64,000 nt of DNA from an uncultured beta proteobacterium (GCA_963832685.1 CAWHUZ010000001.1:101800-165799); one strand, 5' to 3'; shown: positions 13,819 to 25,520, numbered from the stretch's first letter. The notes: generated by a model from the sequence alone, not told the origin. Translations and numbers: made by a program.

Positions 13819-14267
13819 GATTGCGGGGCGATGCGCTCGTAGCGCCCGATGCGCTCGCGTAGTTCCTGCGGCAGCGGGGCAGGCGTCATGCTCGATGGGT
13901 CTGCGTTGACGTAGATCAATTCCGCGCTGACGAGCGCCGCAGGGGCCGGATCCGGCTCGTCGCGGAAGATCTCGAAATGAAAGGTCATGCTGCTGCGTCC
14001 GAGCCGGCCGACCCGGCAGCACACCGCGAGCACGTCGTCGTAGCGCGCGGAGCCCAGGTAGTCGACGGTCGCCTTCCGCAAATAGACGTCGTTGGCGTAC
14101 TTTTCGACGTAGCCGTGCGGGTAGGGCAGGCCGATCGCGCGCCAGTATTCGGCGATCGAGGTGTCGATGTAGGTCAGATAATGGCCGTTGAACACGATTT
14201 TCTGCATGTCCACTTCGGCCCAGCGCACCCGCAACTGCGGCGCGCAAACGAAGTCTTGCCGGGGCAT
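13815..14267 (-). CDS. YbgC/4HBT-type acyl-CoA thioesterase, hotdog fold
   Basis: 150 aa. LRVRWAEVDMQKIVFNGHYLTY is the catalytic Asp region typical of the 4HBT family. Confidence 0.85.
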   Translation of the reverse strand: MPRQDFVCAPQLRVRWAEVDMQKIVFNGHYLTYIDTSIAEYWRAIGLPYPHGYVEKYANDVYLRKATVDYLGSARYDDVLAVCCRVGRLGRSSMTFHFEIFRDEPDPAPAALVSAELIYVNADPSSMTPAPLPQELRERIGRYERIAPQS

Positions 14268-14346
14268 CCTAGACGGGCGGAAAAATTGCTGGCAACATCA
14301 GATGGATACAACAATAAATTACAGTCTAAACCAAAGGAGAGCTGTC

Positions 14347-15567
14347 ATGGTGCGTAACATCCTCACGGCGGCCGTGCTCGCCCTGGTGGCGCCGCTCGTT
14401 TCGGCGCAGGACACGATCAAGATCGGGGTCGTCGGGCCGATGGCTTACGTCCAGGGCGAGAACCACTGGATGGGGGCAGAGCTGGCGCGTGACGACATCA
14501 ACAAGGCGGGCGGCATCTCTGTTGGCAGCAAGAAGATGAAGGTGGAGCTGATCCGCGCCGACAGCAACGAAATCCAGTCGGTCTCGGACGCCACCAACGC
14601 CATGGAGCGCGTCATCACGCGCGACAAGGCCGATTTCGTGGTCGGCGGCTTCCGCTCCGAGGCGGTGCTGGCGATGCAGGAAGTGGCGATGGACTACAAG
14701 AAGCTGTTCCTCGGCTGCGGCGCGGCGGACGCCAAGCTCGGCCAGAACGTCGAGACGAACTACGACCGCTACAAGTACTGGTTCAGGGTCACGCCGACCA
14801 AGTCGGCCGACCTGGGCCGCACGCTGTTCGCGGTGCTCGGCAGCATCGCCGGGCAGATCCGCGCTGATCTCAAGAAGGAAACGCCCAAGGTGGCGATCGT
14901 CGCCGAGAAGGTGGTGTGGACGCAGGGCATCGTCAAGGCGCTGCAGGCCAACCTGCCGAAGATGAAGATGGAGGTGGTCGGACTGTGGCAACCCTCGCCC
15001 ACGGCGACCGACGTCACGGCCGAGCTATCGGCGATTGATCGTGCCGGCGCCGACATCGTGTTCACCGCGGTCTCGGGCCCGGTCGGCATAGTCCTCGGGC
15101 GACAGATGGGCGAGCGCAAGATGAAGGCGATCGCCTTCGGCATCAACGTCGAGGCGCAGAAGGACGGTTTCTGGGAGGCGACCGCGGGCAAGGGCAACTT
15201 CGTTTCCACGCTCGACACCTACGGCATGGTCGAGGTCAGCCCCAAGATGATCCCGTTCATGGAGGAGTTCCAAGCGCGCTTCCACAAGTCGCCGACCTAC
15301 AACGCCGCGACTTACGACGCGATCATGGATCTCAAGATCGCGATCGAGCAGGCCGGCAGCACTGATGCCGACAAGCTGGTGCCCGTTCTCGAGGGCTTCA
15401 AGAATGTAGTCGGGACCTCGGGGACCCTCCCTGCTTGGGACAAACGCCACGACCCGGTCTGGGCGATCGGCGAGAGCTCCGGAATCGCGGTCGAGTGGCA
15501 GGACGGCAAGAAGGTGCCGTTCTGGCCGCCGCAGGTGAAGGGCATGCAGCCCTTCAAGCTGCCGTGA
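14347..15567 (+). CDS. ABC transporter substrate-binding protein, Leu/Ile/Val-binding (LivJ-like) family
   Basis: In ORF 14188..15567. ATG 14347 preceded by AAGGAGA. Signal peptide MVRNILTAAVLALVAPLVSAQD, type-1 periplasmic binding fold. Confidence 0.9.
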   Translation: MVRNILTAAVLALVAPLVSAQDTIKIGVVGPMAYVQGENHWMGAELARDDINKAGGISVGSKKMKVELIRADSNEIQSVSDATNAMERVITRDKADFVVGGFRSEAVLAMQEVAMDYKKLFLGCGAADAKLGQNVETNYDRYKYWFRVTPTKSADLGRTLFAVLGSIAGQIRADLKKETPKVAIVAEKVVWTQGIVKALQANLPKMKMEVVGLWQPSPTATDVTAELSAIDRAGADIVFTAVSGPVGIVLGRQMGERKMKAIAFGINVEAQKDGFWEATAGKGNFVSTLDTYGMVEVSPKMIPFMEEFQARFHKSPTYNAATYDAIMDLKIAIEQAGSTDADKLVPVLEGFKNVVGTSGTLPAWDKRHDPVWAIGESSGIAVEWQDGKKVPFWPPQVKGMQPFKLP

Positions 15568-15592
15568 GACGGGCCGCCGGCCGCTGACAACG

Positions 15593-15622
15593 GCCGCCCG
15601 CCTTCAGGCGGGCGGCTTTTTT
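15593..15622 (+). terminator. Intrinsic terminator/attenuator between binding-protein and permease genes
   Basis: Perfect 10-bp GC stem GCCGCCCGCC / GGCGGGCGGC, TTCA loop, T6 tract ending 3 nt before the permease ATG. Confidence 0.7.
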
Positions 15623-15625
15623 CGC

Positions 15626-16495
15626 ATGCTGCAGGACATCCTCATCACCGGCCTGGTCAATGGCGGCGTCTATGCGCTGCTGGCGATCGGCTTTTCGCTG
15701 ATATTCGGCGTGGCGCGCATCGTCAACATCGCGCATACCGCTTTCTACATGCTCGCGGCGTACTGCTTCTACACGCTGCTGGTCAGATTGCATCTGCCGG
15801 GCGCGCTGGCGGCGGCGATCGCGGTCGCCGCAGTGACCGCACTCTCGGTGCTGTGCTACAGGCTGGTGATCGAGCCCGTGCGCGAGCACGAATCCGCGGT
15901 CCTGATCTCGACCATCGCACTGGCGCTGATATTCCAGGAACTGATGCTTTACGCGTTCGGCGGCAACTTTCTCGGCATCCCGTCGGCCGTGGACGGAGTG
16001 CTGACGGTGTTCGGCGTGAGCATTCCCTACCAGAGGCTGCTGATCCTGGTGGTTGCCGCGGCGATGCTGGCGGGGACGTGGTTTCTGCTCTACCGCACGC
16101 GGCTCGGGCTGGCGATCCGCGCTACCGCGAACGACCTGGAGGTGGCGAACCTGATGGGGATGAACGTGCATCGCGTCGCGATGGCCACGGTCGCGGTTTC
16201 GGTGGCGCTTGCAGCCATCGCCGGTGTGGTCGTGGCGCCGGTGTTCGTGGTCGATCCGTTCATGTGGCTCACGCCGCTCGTTACCATGCTGGCGATCGTT
16301 GTGCTCGGTGGACTGGGCAGCCTCAAGGGCAGCCTGATCGGCGCGTTGATCATCGGCTACGTCGAGGCGATCACCGTGTTCGTGCTGCCTCAGGGCGCCT
16401 TCCTCAAGGGTGCGGTGGCGCTGTCGATCATGGTTGCGGTGCTGCTGGTCCGCCCGGAGGGGCTGTTCGGGGTGGTGTTCGAGGAGGAGCGTTGA
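15626..16495 (+). CDS. Branched-chain amino acid ABC permease, LivH-like
   Basis: 289 aa polytopic membrane protein starting MLQDILITGLVNGGVYALLAIGFSLIFG, the typical LivH N-terminus. Confidence 0.9.
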   Translation: MLQDILITGLVNGGVYALLAIGFSLIFGVARIVNIAHTAFYMLAAYCFYTLLVRLHLPGALAAAIAVAAVTALSVLCYRLVIEPVREHESAVLISTIALALIFQELMLYAFGGNFLGIPSAVDGVLTVFGVSIPYQRLLILVVAAAMLAGTWFLLYRTRLGLAIRATANDLEVANLMGMNVHRVAMATVAVSVALAAIAGVVVAPVFVVDPFMWLTPLVTMLAIVVLGGLGSLKGSLIGALIIGYVEAITVFVLPQGAFLKGAVALSIMVAVLLVRPEGLFGVVFEEER

Positions 16496-17574
16496 GCAAC
16501 CCGCTCGTGTACGGCGCGCGCTGGGCCTGGGCGAACCTGCGCAACGAGGTGCTGGTGCTGCCTTCGCGCACGCTGGCTTTGCTGTGGGTCGCGGGCGTTC
16601 TGCTGCTGCCGCTCGTCTACGGCGATCCGTACATCCTGCGCATCGTTGCCATGACCTGCGTGTTCGCCATCTTCGCTGCCAGCTGGGACCTGCTGGCCGG
16701 GTACGCCGGGCAGATCAATTTCGGCCACGCGCTGTTCTTCGGCGCCGGCGCCTACACCTCCGCGCTGGTCTCGATCCGCCTGGGTGTGGCGCCCTGGCTC
16801 GGCGTGGTGGCGGGAGGGGCGATGGCGACGCTGTTCGGCTTCGCGGTAGGTTACGTGTGCCTGCGGCTGCGCGGCTCCTATTTATCTCTCGCCACGCTCG
16901 CGTTTCCGCTCATCGCGCTCGGCCTGTTGTTCGCGTTTCCGGATTTCTCCGGCGGCGAGCTGGGCGTGTCAGGCGTGCGCTCGCTCGCCGTGTCGCGCAC
17001 CGCCAACTACTACATCATCGCCGTGGTCATGATCGTCCTGGTGTTCGGCATGTGGAAAATCGCCGACTCCAAGTTCGGTTTGGTGTTGCACGCGATCCGC
17101 GACGACGAGGTTGCGGCGCGCGCGTCGGGGATCAACACCACGCGCTACAAGCTTGCGGTGTTCGCGATGTCGGCGTTCGCCGCCGGGATCGCCGGTGCGC
17201 TCTACGCGCACTTCCTCAGGGTGGCCGGACCGTCCACCCTCGAGGTCGCGTTGTCCTTCCAGGTCGTGATCTGGGGCATCTTCGGCGGCGTGGCGACGAT
17301 TTACGGCCCCGTGGCCGCGGTGTTCATCCTCTACCCGCTCACGGAGTGGCTCGGCAGCTTCAGGGCTTTCGGCGAGCTGCGCCTGTTGATCTTCGCCGTG
17401 ATCGTGTTGCTGGTCTTGCTGTTCATGCCGCGCGGGCTGACGCCCTGGGTGCGGGACAAGCTCGAGACGCAGTGCCCGCGCTGCAAGCAGCGCAACAGCT
17501 CGTGGCGCTCGGCCTGCCGCCTGTGCGGCGCGCCGCTGAGACTGGGCGCCGCCGCGGCTCAAAGCCCCAGGTAG
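16492..17574 (+). CDS. Branched-chain amino acid ABC permease, LivM-like, with Cys-rich C-terminal tail
   Basis: C-terminal 360 aa of ORF 15853..17574. TTG start overlaps the LivH-like stop. Contains GYAGQINFGHALFFGAGAYT. Tail is CPRC-N10-CRLC. Confidence 0.88.
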   Translation: MSNPLVYGARWAWANLRNEVLVLPSRTLALLWVAGVLLLPLVYGDPYILRIVAMTCVFAIFAASWDLLAGYAGQINFGHALFFGAGAYTSALVSIRLGVAPWLGVVAGGAMATLFGFAVGYVCLRLRGSYLSLATLAFPLIALGLLFAFPDFSGGELGVSGVRSLAVSRTANYYIIAVVMIVLVFGMWKIADSKFGLVLHAIRDDEVAARASGINTTRYKLAVFAMSAFAAGIAGALYAHFLRVAGPSTLEVALSFQVVIWGIFGGVATIYGPVAAVFILYPLTEWLGSFRAFGELRLLIFAVIVLLVLLFMPRGLTPWVRDKLETQCPRCKQRNSSWRSACRLCGAPLRLGAAAAQSPR

Positions 17575-18308
17575 CCGGCGCGCAGCGTTTCGTCGGACAT
17601 CAGCCGCTCGGCGCTGCCGGCGGCGACGATGCGGCCCTGCGAGAGCACGTAGTTGCGTGCGGCCATGCGGAAGACCTGGCCGACCTCCTGCTCCACCAGC
17701 AGCACTGGAACGCCGTCGGCATGGATCTGCGCGATCGCCGCGAACAGTTCCTCCCGGATGCGAGGGGCGAGTCCGAGAGAGGGCTCGTCTATCGCCAGCA
17801 GCTTGGCCTCGAACATGAGCGAACGAGCGGTCGCGAGCATCTGCTGCTCTCCGCCGGACAGTGTGCCGGCGACCTGATCCTTTCTCTCCGCGAGCCGGGG
17901 GAACAGAGCGAAGCAGCGCTCAAGTCGACGCTTCGTCTGCGTCGCGTCGCGCGACAGGTAGGCGCCGGCGAGAAGGTTTTCCAGTACCGTGAGCTCGCGG
18001 AACGGGCGCCGGCGCTCGGGACAGTGCACCAATCCGCGCATGCGGATCTCGTGCGCCGGAAGGGCGTCGATGCGCTCGCCGGCGAAGCGGACCTCGCCCT
18101 CGAGTACGATGTCGCCCGTAGTTCCGCGTTTCATGCGCTCCTCGAACCGCACCAGCCCGGAGAGCGCGCGCAACAGCGTGGATTTCCCGGCCCCGTTCGG
18201 TCCGACGACGCCGACCAGCTCGCCGGCCTCCACCGTCAGCGACACGCCGTTCAGGATCACCGCCCTGTCGTAGCGCACGACGAGATCCTTCACCTCAAGC
18301 AGCGGCAT
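17559..18308 (-). CDS. ABC transporter ATP-binding protein, LivF-like
   Basis: 249 aa. Walker A GPNGAGKST, signature LSGGEQQM, Walker B LLAIDEPS. Confidence 0.9.
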   Translation of the reverse strand: MPLLEVKDLVVRYDRAVILNGVSLTVEAGELVGVVGPNGAGKSTLLRALSGLVRFEERMKRGTTGDIVLEGEVRFAGERIDALPAHEIRMRGLVHCPERRRPFRELTVLENLLAGAYLSRDATQTKRRLERCFALFPRLAERKDQVAGTLSGGEQQMLATARSLMFEAKLLAIDEPSLGLAPRIREELFAAIAQIHADGVPVLLVEQEVGQVFRMAARNYVLSQGRIVAAGSAERLMSDETLRAGYLGL

Positions 18309-19068
18309 GCTCGGACCCCAAGTAAGCCTCGATCACCTTCGGGTTCTTGACCACTTCGGCGGGAGTGCCGTCGGCCAGGATTTCACCGTAGTTGACTACG
18401 ATCACGCGATCGACGATTGACATCAACTCCTTCAGCTTGTGCTCGATCATCAGCACGGCGGGGCCCTCCGAATGCAGGCGCCCGAAGCGCCCGCCCTTGT
18501 GCAGCCGCCTGATCGATTTGGCCAGCAGCTCCGATTCGGCCGGGTTGAGGCCCCCGAGCGGCTCGTCGAGGAGCAGTAGCTCCGGCTCGGTGGCGATCGC
18601 GCGTGCCACCTCGAGGCGCTTGAGGTCCCCCTGAGAGAGCGCCGACGCCGGCTCGAGTGCCATGTCGGAGATGCCCACGAATTCGAGCGCATCCATGGCT
18701 TTGGCCTCGATCTTCTTGACCCATTCGCCACGGCTCTTCGCGCGCGGGGACAACAGCGGCACCATCACGTTGGCGATGATCGGCAGGTGGCGGAACGGGC
18801 GCATGTTCTGGAATGTTCCCGCAATGCCCCGGTTCACCACGTCCCATGGACGCAGGGAGGTGATGTCTTCGCCATTCAAAACGACGCGCCCGGCGTCGGG
18901 GCGCAGAATCTTGGTGATCAGGCGCAGCAGGGTCGTCTTGCCGGCGCCGTTGGGGCCGATGAGGCCGACGATCTGGTCACGCCGCAGCTCGAAGCCGACG
19001 TCGTTCACCGCGGTCAAGCCGCCGAAGCGCTTGGTCAAATGTTCGACAATGAAGAACGGCGCTGACAT
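18295..19068 (-). CDS. ABC transporter ATP-binding protein, LivG-like
   Basis: Within ORF 18295..19311. ATG 19068 gives MSAPFFIVEHLTKRFGG. Walker A GPNGAGKTT, Walker B LLLLDEP. Overlaps the LivF-like start by 14 nt. Confidence 0.9.
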   Translation of the reverse strand: MSAPFFIVEHLTKRFGGLTAVNDVGFELRRDQIVGLIGPNGAGKTTLLRLITKILRPDAGRVVLNGEDITSLRPWDVVNRGIAGTFQNMRPFRHLPIIANVMVPLLSPRAKSRGEWVKKIEAKAMDALEFVGISDMALEPASALSQGDLKRLEVARAIATEPELLLLDEPLGGLNPAESELLAKSIRRLHKGGRFGRLHSEGPAVLMIEHKLKELMSIVDRVIVVNYGEILADGTPAEVVKNPKVIEAYLGSEHAAA

Positions 19069-19189
19069 GCTTCGTAGTTCTCTGGCGAAACGTCGCAGCG
19101 ATCTTAGCGCATATGGGTCGCAGTCATATTGGCACGCTAGAATTGACATACTCAACTGCCTGAGCCGCACCGGCCCGCGACACCTGTTC

Positions 19190-20014
19190 ATGGCGCACGA
19201 CGATCCCCCTCCGAGCGGACCCGAGCATGACCGGTTCCTCGATGAAATGGACGGTGCGCTGACCGGGTGGACTGATCCCGCGCAGCGTCTGCGCGATGCA
19301 CTGGCTAACAACGAGCTGCAGCTCTATATCCAGCCGATCGCCAAGCTCGGGGAAAACCGGTTTGTCATGGCGGAAGTGCTCGTTCGGCTGCGGGAGGAAG
19401 AGACGAAGATGCTTCCACCGGGGGATTTCCTGCCGGTGTTCGAGCACTTCGGGATGATGCCCGACCTGGACCGCTGGGTCGTGAGCCAGATGGTTCAACG
19501 GATAGCGCGCCACGCGCCAGGCGGGTTCCGGCACTTCAATATCAATGTCGCCGGAAAGACGTTGCTGGACAAGCAATTTCCGGAACATGTTTCCCAGGCG
19601 CTGCGCCAGTTCGGGGTGGTCGGCCAGGCCCTATGCTTCGAAATCGACGAGATCGACGTCCTCGGCCGCCTGGATGCCGCGGTGCAGTTCGGCGTGGCGG
19701 TCCAAAAGATTGGATGCCAGGTGGCGATCGATGGTTTCGGCCGGCGCTCGGCCTCGTTTGCGCCCCTGAAGAGCCTGCGGGTGGACTACATCAAGGTGGA
19801 CGGGTCGATCACGCGCAACATCCTCAGCAGCGACAGCGCACTAAACAAACTACGGACGATCGTGCGTGTGGCGCAGACGATCAAAGTCGGCGTGATCGCC
19901 GAGTTCGTGGAGGAAACCGAGGTACTCGTGCGCCTGTTCACCCTGGGCGTGGGCTACGCCCAGGGATTCGGCATTGCGCGACCTACGCCGATCGACGAGC
20001 TGCTAGCTCCGTAG
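19190..20014 (+). CDS. Stand-alone EAL-domain protein (putative c-di-GMP phosphodiesterase or binding protein)
   Basis: C-terminal 274 aa of ORF 18662..20014, starting at ATG 19190. EVLVR, FNINV, CFEIDE, IKVDGS, AEFVE and QGFG motifs present. No GGDEF or sensor domain. Confidence 0.85.
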   Translation: MAHDDPPPSGPEHDRFLDEMDGALTGWTDPAQRLRDALANNELQLYIQPIAKLGENRFVMAEVLVRLREEETKMLPPGDFLPVFEHFGMMPDLDRWVVSQMVQRIARHAPGGFRHFNINVAGKTLLDKQFPEHVSQALRQFGVVGQALCFEIDEIDVLGRLDAAVQFGVAVQKIGCQVAIDGFGRRSASFAPLKSLRVDYIKVDGSITRNILSSDSALNKLRTIVRVAQTIKVGVIAEFVEETEVLVRLFTLGVGYAQGFGIARPTPIDELLAP

Positions 20015-20024
20015 CGCACGGCGC

Positions 20025-21734
20025 TTACTGGACCGCGCCCTCGTCGCGGAGTTCTCGGCGCGACACTTTGCCGACGTCCGTTTTCGGCAGCTCGCCACGG
20101 AATTCGATGATGTGGGGCAGCTTGTACTCGGCGAGATGCTGGCGGCAATACGCCTTGATTTCCTCTTCGCTGAGTTTGCCGCGCGCGTCGCCTTGAAGCA
20201 CGACGATCGCCTTTATCAACTGGCCGACGGACGGGTCAGGTACGCCGATCACGCCCGCCGCCTTGACCTGCGGGTGCGCGTACAGGACGTCTTCGACGTC
20301 CTTGGCAAAGATCGAGTAGCCCTTGTACTTGATCAGATCCTTGGAGCGATCGTAGAAGTGGAAGTAACCCTCGTCATCCATGCGAACGATATCTCCGGTG
20401 CGCATCCAGCGCCTGCCGTCGCGCTCGACGAATGAGCTCGCGCTTTCATCAGGACGCTTCCAGTAGCCTGACATCACGTTCGGACCGCTCAACAGCAATT
20501 CTCCGGTTTGGCCTTGCGGCACGGCTTCCAGCGTTTCGGGGTCTACCACCGCGGCGAGCATGTTCGGTACGGGGCAACCAAACGAACCGGTCTTGGGACG
20601 ATCAAGCGGGTTGACGTGACTCGTGGCGCAAGTTTCGGATAGGCCGTAGCCTTCGATGATGCTCGAGCCGGTCCGCTGAGCCCACTCCTTCATGGTCGAT
20701 TCGTGCAAGGTATCGGCGCCCGAGAGCACGAGCTTCAGGCGCCGCCAGTTGACCTTGTTGGTGTCTTTGTGGTCCTTGAGATACTCGAACAGCGTCGGCA
20801 CGCCGTAGAACACGGTCGCGCGGTAGCGCTCCATTGCCGCAAGAATTGCCTCGGTGTCTGGATTGGTGAACAGGACCAGGAGGTTGCCCTGCGTAAGTCC
20901 GTTCAACATGATCACGACTTGCCCGTAGATGTGGAAGAAGGGAAGGAACGCGAGGATCACTTCCTTGCCTTGCTCGAAGCCCGGGAATGCCGCCTGTGCC
21001 CCCGTTTGCGCGGCGATCAGGTTGTAGTGCGTAAGCATTACCCCCTTGGGATGGCCTGTTGTGCCGCCGGTGTACGGCAACGCGGCAACGTCAACCTGGG
21101 CGTCGATTTCGACGCGCGGCGGGTTTGGCGGATTTGCCTTCAGAAGGTCCTGCAGCCAATGCAGCTTGCTGTCCGCCGGAATCTTCGGCGACCCGAGATT
21201 GACCTCGGAAAACAGTTTCGCGAGAGGTCCCTTGCCGAGCACACGCTTCAGCGCGGGAAGATACTCGCCCACGTTCGTCACGACCACGAAGTCGAGCGCG
21301 GCGCCTGACTTGGCCACCTTGTCATAGAGAATGTCTTGGCAGATGATCCCTCTCGCGCCGCTGTCCTCGAGCTGGTAACGCACCTCGTGACTGGTGTAGA
21401 CAGGGCTAATCGGCGTCACGGTGGCACCGCACTTCAGCGCTGCAAAGTACGCGATGATGAACTGCGGACTATTGAGAAGGTAGAGCGCGACGCGGTCGCC
21501 TTTCTTCACCCCCAGCTTCGCGAGGGCGCAGGCGAGCCGGTCGGTCGTATCGCGCAACTCGCGATAGGAGATCTCTCGGCCGTAGAAGACCACCGCCGTG
21601 CGCCCGGGAGCCCGCTCGGTGGCCTCGTCGAACATTTGCGGCACGGACTTAAGCGGAACGTCGACGGTCGGGGATACGCCCTTCTGATAGAACTTCAGCC
21701 AAGGCTTTGCCAGATAGGCGTCGATTGCGTCCAT
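20025..21734 (-). CDS. AMP-dependent acyl-CoA synthetase (long-chain-fatty-acid--CoA ligase-like)
   Basis: 569 aa. AMP-binding motif YTGGTTGHPKGVMLTH, plus GYGLSETC and TGDIVRMDDEGYFHFYDRSKD. Confidence 0.9.
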   Translation of the reverse strand: MDAIDAYLAKPWLKFYQKGVSPTVDVPLKSVPQMFDEATERAPGRTAVVFYGREISYRELRDTTDRLACALAKLGVKKGDRVALYLLNSPQFIIAYFAALKCGATVTPISPVYTSHEVRYQLEDSGARGIICQDILYDKVAKSGAALDFVVVTNVGEYLPALKRVLGKGPLAKLFSEVNLGSPKIPADSKLHWLQDLLKANPPNPPRVEIDAQVDVAALPYTGGTTGHPKGVMLTHYNLIAAQTGAQAAFPGFEQGKEVILAFLPFFHIYGQVVIMLNGLTQGNLLVLFTNPDTEAILAAMERYRATVFYGVPTLFEYLKDHKDTNKVNWRRLKLVLSGADTLHESTMKEWAQRTGSSIIEGYGLSETCATSHVNPLDRPKTGSFGCPVPNMLAAVVDPETLEAVPQGQTGELLLSGPNVMSGYWKRPDESASSFVERDGRRWMRTGDIVRMDDEGYFHFYDRSKDLIKYKGYSIFAKDVEDVLYAHPQVKAAGVIGVPDPSVGQLIKAIVVLQGDARGKLSEEEIKAYCRQHLAEYKLPHIIEFRGELPKTDVGKVSRRELRDEGAVQ

Positions 21735-21802
21735 TGGTTCCTCCTGCCGCGATTCTAGCCGTGAAGCAGGTGCGCGACGCCTAGCGACTACAATGACCCG
21801 CT

Positions 21803-22333
21803 ATGGATCGGGCGGTGATCCGCGCGCTGGCGAAATGGCCGGCTGTGCCGGCGGTGTACGGCTGGCTCGCGCTGGACGAGCGAGGCTGCTGGCGGCTTCG
21901 AAACCCTGCAAGCGGTGACTTTGAGCGCATCGGCAATGCCGCGCTGCGCGAGTTCATCGGCCGGAACTACGCCTCGGATCCACGAGGCTGCTGGTATTTC
22001 CAGAACGGACCGCAGCGTGTCTACGTGCGCCTCGCCTGTGCTCCGCTCGTGTTCCGCCTAGACCGCGGGGGGCTCGTCGACCATCGCGGGCTAGCGTCCG
22101 GACCCCTCTCTGGCGCCTGGCGCGACGAGCGCGGCGCGCTGATCGTCGCCTGCGAGTCGGGGCTCGGGAACCTGGACGACCGGGACCTTCTTGCGGCCAG
22201 CGAATTGATAGATGAGTCAGGCGCCGACCTGTGGTTCGATTGCAAGGCCGGACGCGTCCCGCTTGGCAGGGTTTTACGGTCCGAACTGCCGGGTCGGTTC
22301 GGATTTGTGCCAGAACCGCGTCCCGACGAATGA
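21803..22333 (+). CDS. Conserved hypothetical protein (no family I can name with confidence)
   Basis: 176-aa ORF with normal composition, divergent from the ligase gene. No recognisable catalytic motif. Confidence 0.6.
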   Translation: MDRAVIRALAKWPAVPAVYGWLALDERGCWRLRNPASGDFERIGNAALREFIGRNYASDPRGCWYFQNGPQRVYVRLACAPLVFRLDRGGLVDHRGLASGPLSGAWRDERGALIVACESGLGNLDDRDLLAASELIDESGADLWFDCKAGRVPLGRVLRSELPGRFGFVPEPRPDE

Positions 22334-22382
22334 GGGCTGCGGAATTGGATTGAACGGGCGTCACTTCCGGCCCGCATAATCC

Positions 22383-22412
22383 TTGACGCTATACAAAAAA
22401 CCCCTTTATAAT
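22383..22412 (+). promoter_or_regulatory. Putative sigma-70 promoter of the str operon
   Basis: TTGACG, 18-nt spacer, TATAAT, ending 76 nt upstream of the rpsL ATG. Confidence 0.55.
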
Positions 22413-22488
22413 CCGGCCTCTTTTTTGCACCTGGGCGACAGCGGGTGGTCAACGCGGTCGCCCGGTTCGTTTCTGGACACGGAAAACA

Positions 22489-22866
<378 letters not shown>

Positions 22867-22888
22867 TCCCGGCCAGACAGAGGAAATC

Positions 22889-23359
22889 ATGCCCCGTCGC
22901 AGAGAAGTCCCGAAACGCGAGATCCTGGCGGATCCGAAGTTCCACAATACCGACGTCGCCAAGTTCATCAACGTCTTGATGACCCGCGGCAAGAAGTCCG
23001 TGGCGGAACGCATCGTGTACGGCGCGTTCAATGTCATCAAGTCCAAGGCCGGGAAGGACCCGGTCGAGGTTTTCACGCAGGCGGTGCAGAACGTGAAGCC
23101 CGTGGTCGAGGTCAAGAGCCGCCGCGTGGGTGGCGCAAACTACCAGGTTCCGGTGGAAGTGCGGCCGGTGCGCCGCATCGCGCTCGCCATGCGCTGGATC
23201 CGCGAAGCGGCACAGAAGCGCGGCGAGAAATCAATGACCGTGCGCCTGGCTGGCGAATTGCAGGAGGCGGCGGAAGGGCGCGGCGGCGCGATGAAGAAGC
23301 GCGAGGAAGTTCACCGTATGGCGGACGCCAACAAGGCGTTTTCGCACTACAGGTTCTAA
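22889..23359 (+). CDS. rpsG: 30S ribosomal protein S7
   Basis: [18 protein letters not shown], 156 aa. Confidence 0.98.
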   Translation: MPRRREVPKREILADPKFHNTDVAKFINVLMTRGKKSVAERIVYGAFNVIKSKAGKDPVEVFTQAVQNVKPVVEVKSRRVGGANYQVPVEVRPVRRIALAMRWIREAAQKRGEKSMTVRLAGELQEAAEGRGGAMKKREEVHRMADANKAFSHYRF

Positions 23360-23426
23360 GGCTTGGCATTAGCGGGTTGCGCCCCAATATATTGGGCTCC
23401 CGAACGACCAAAGGATGGGCATTGCC

Positions 23427-25520
<2,094 letters not shown>

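Noticed and set aside
19129-19147. Sigma-54-like element TTGGCACGCTAGAATTGA in the LivG-like/EAL divergent region.
   Set aside because: GG is present, but the -12 TTGC element is displaced by 2 nt and degenerate (TTGA). Sigma-54 spacing is strict.
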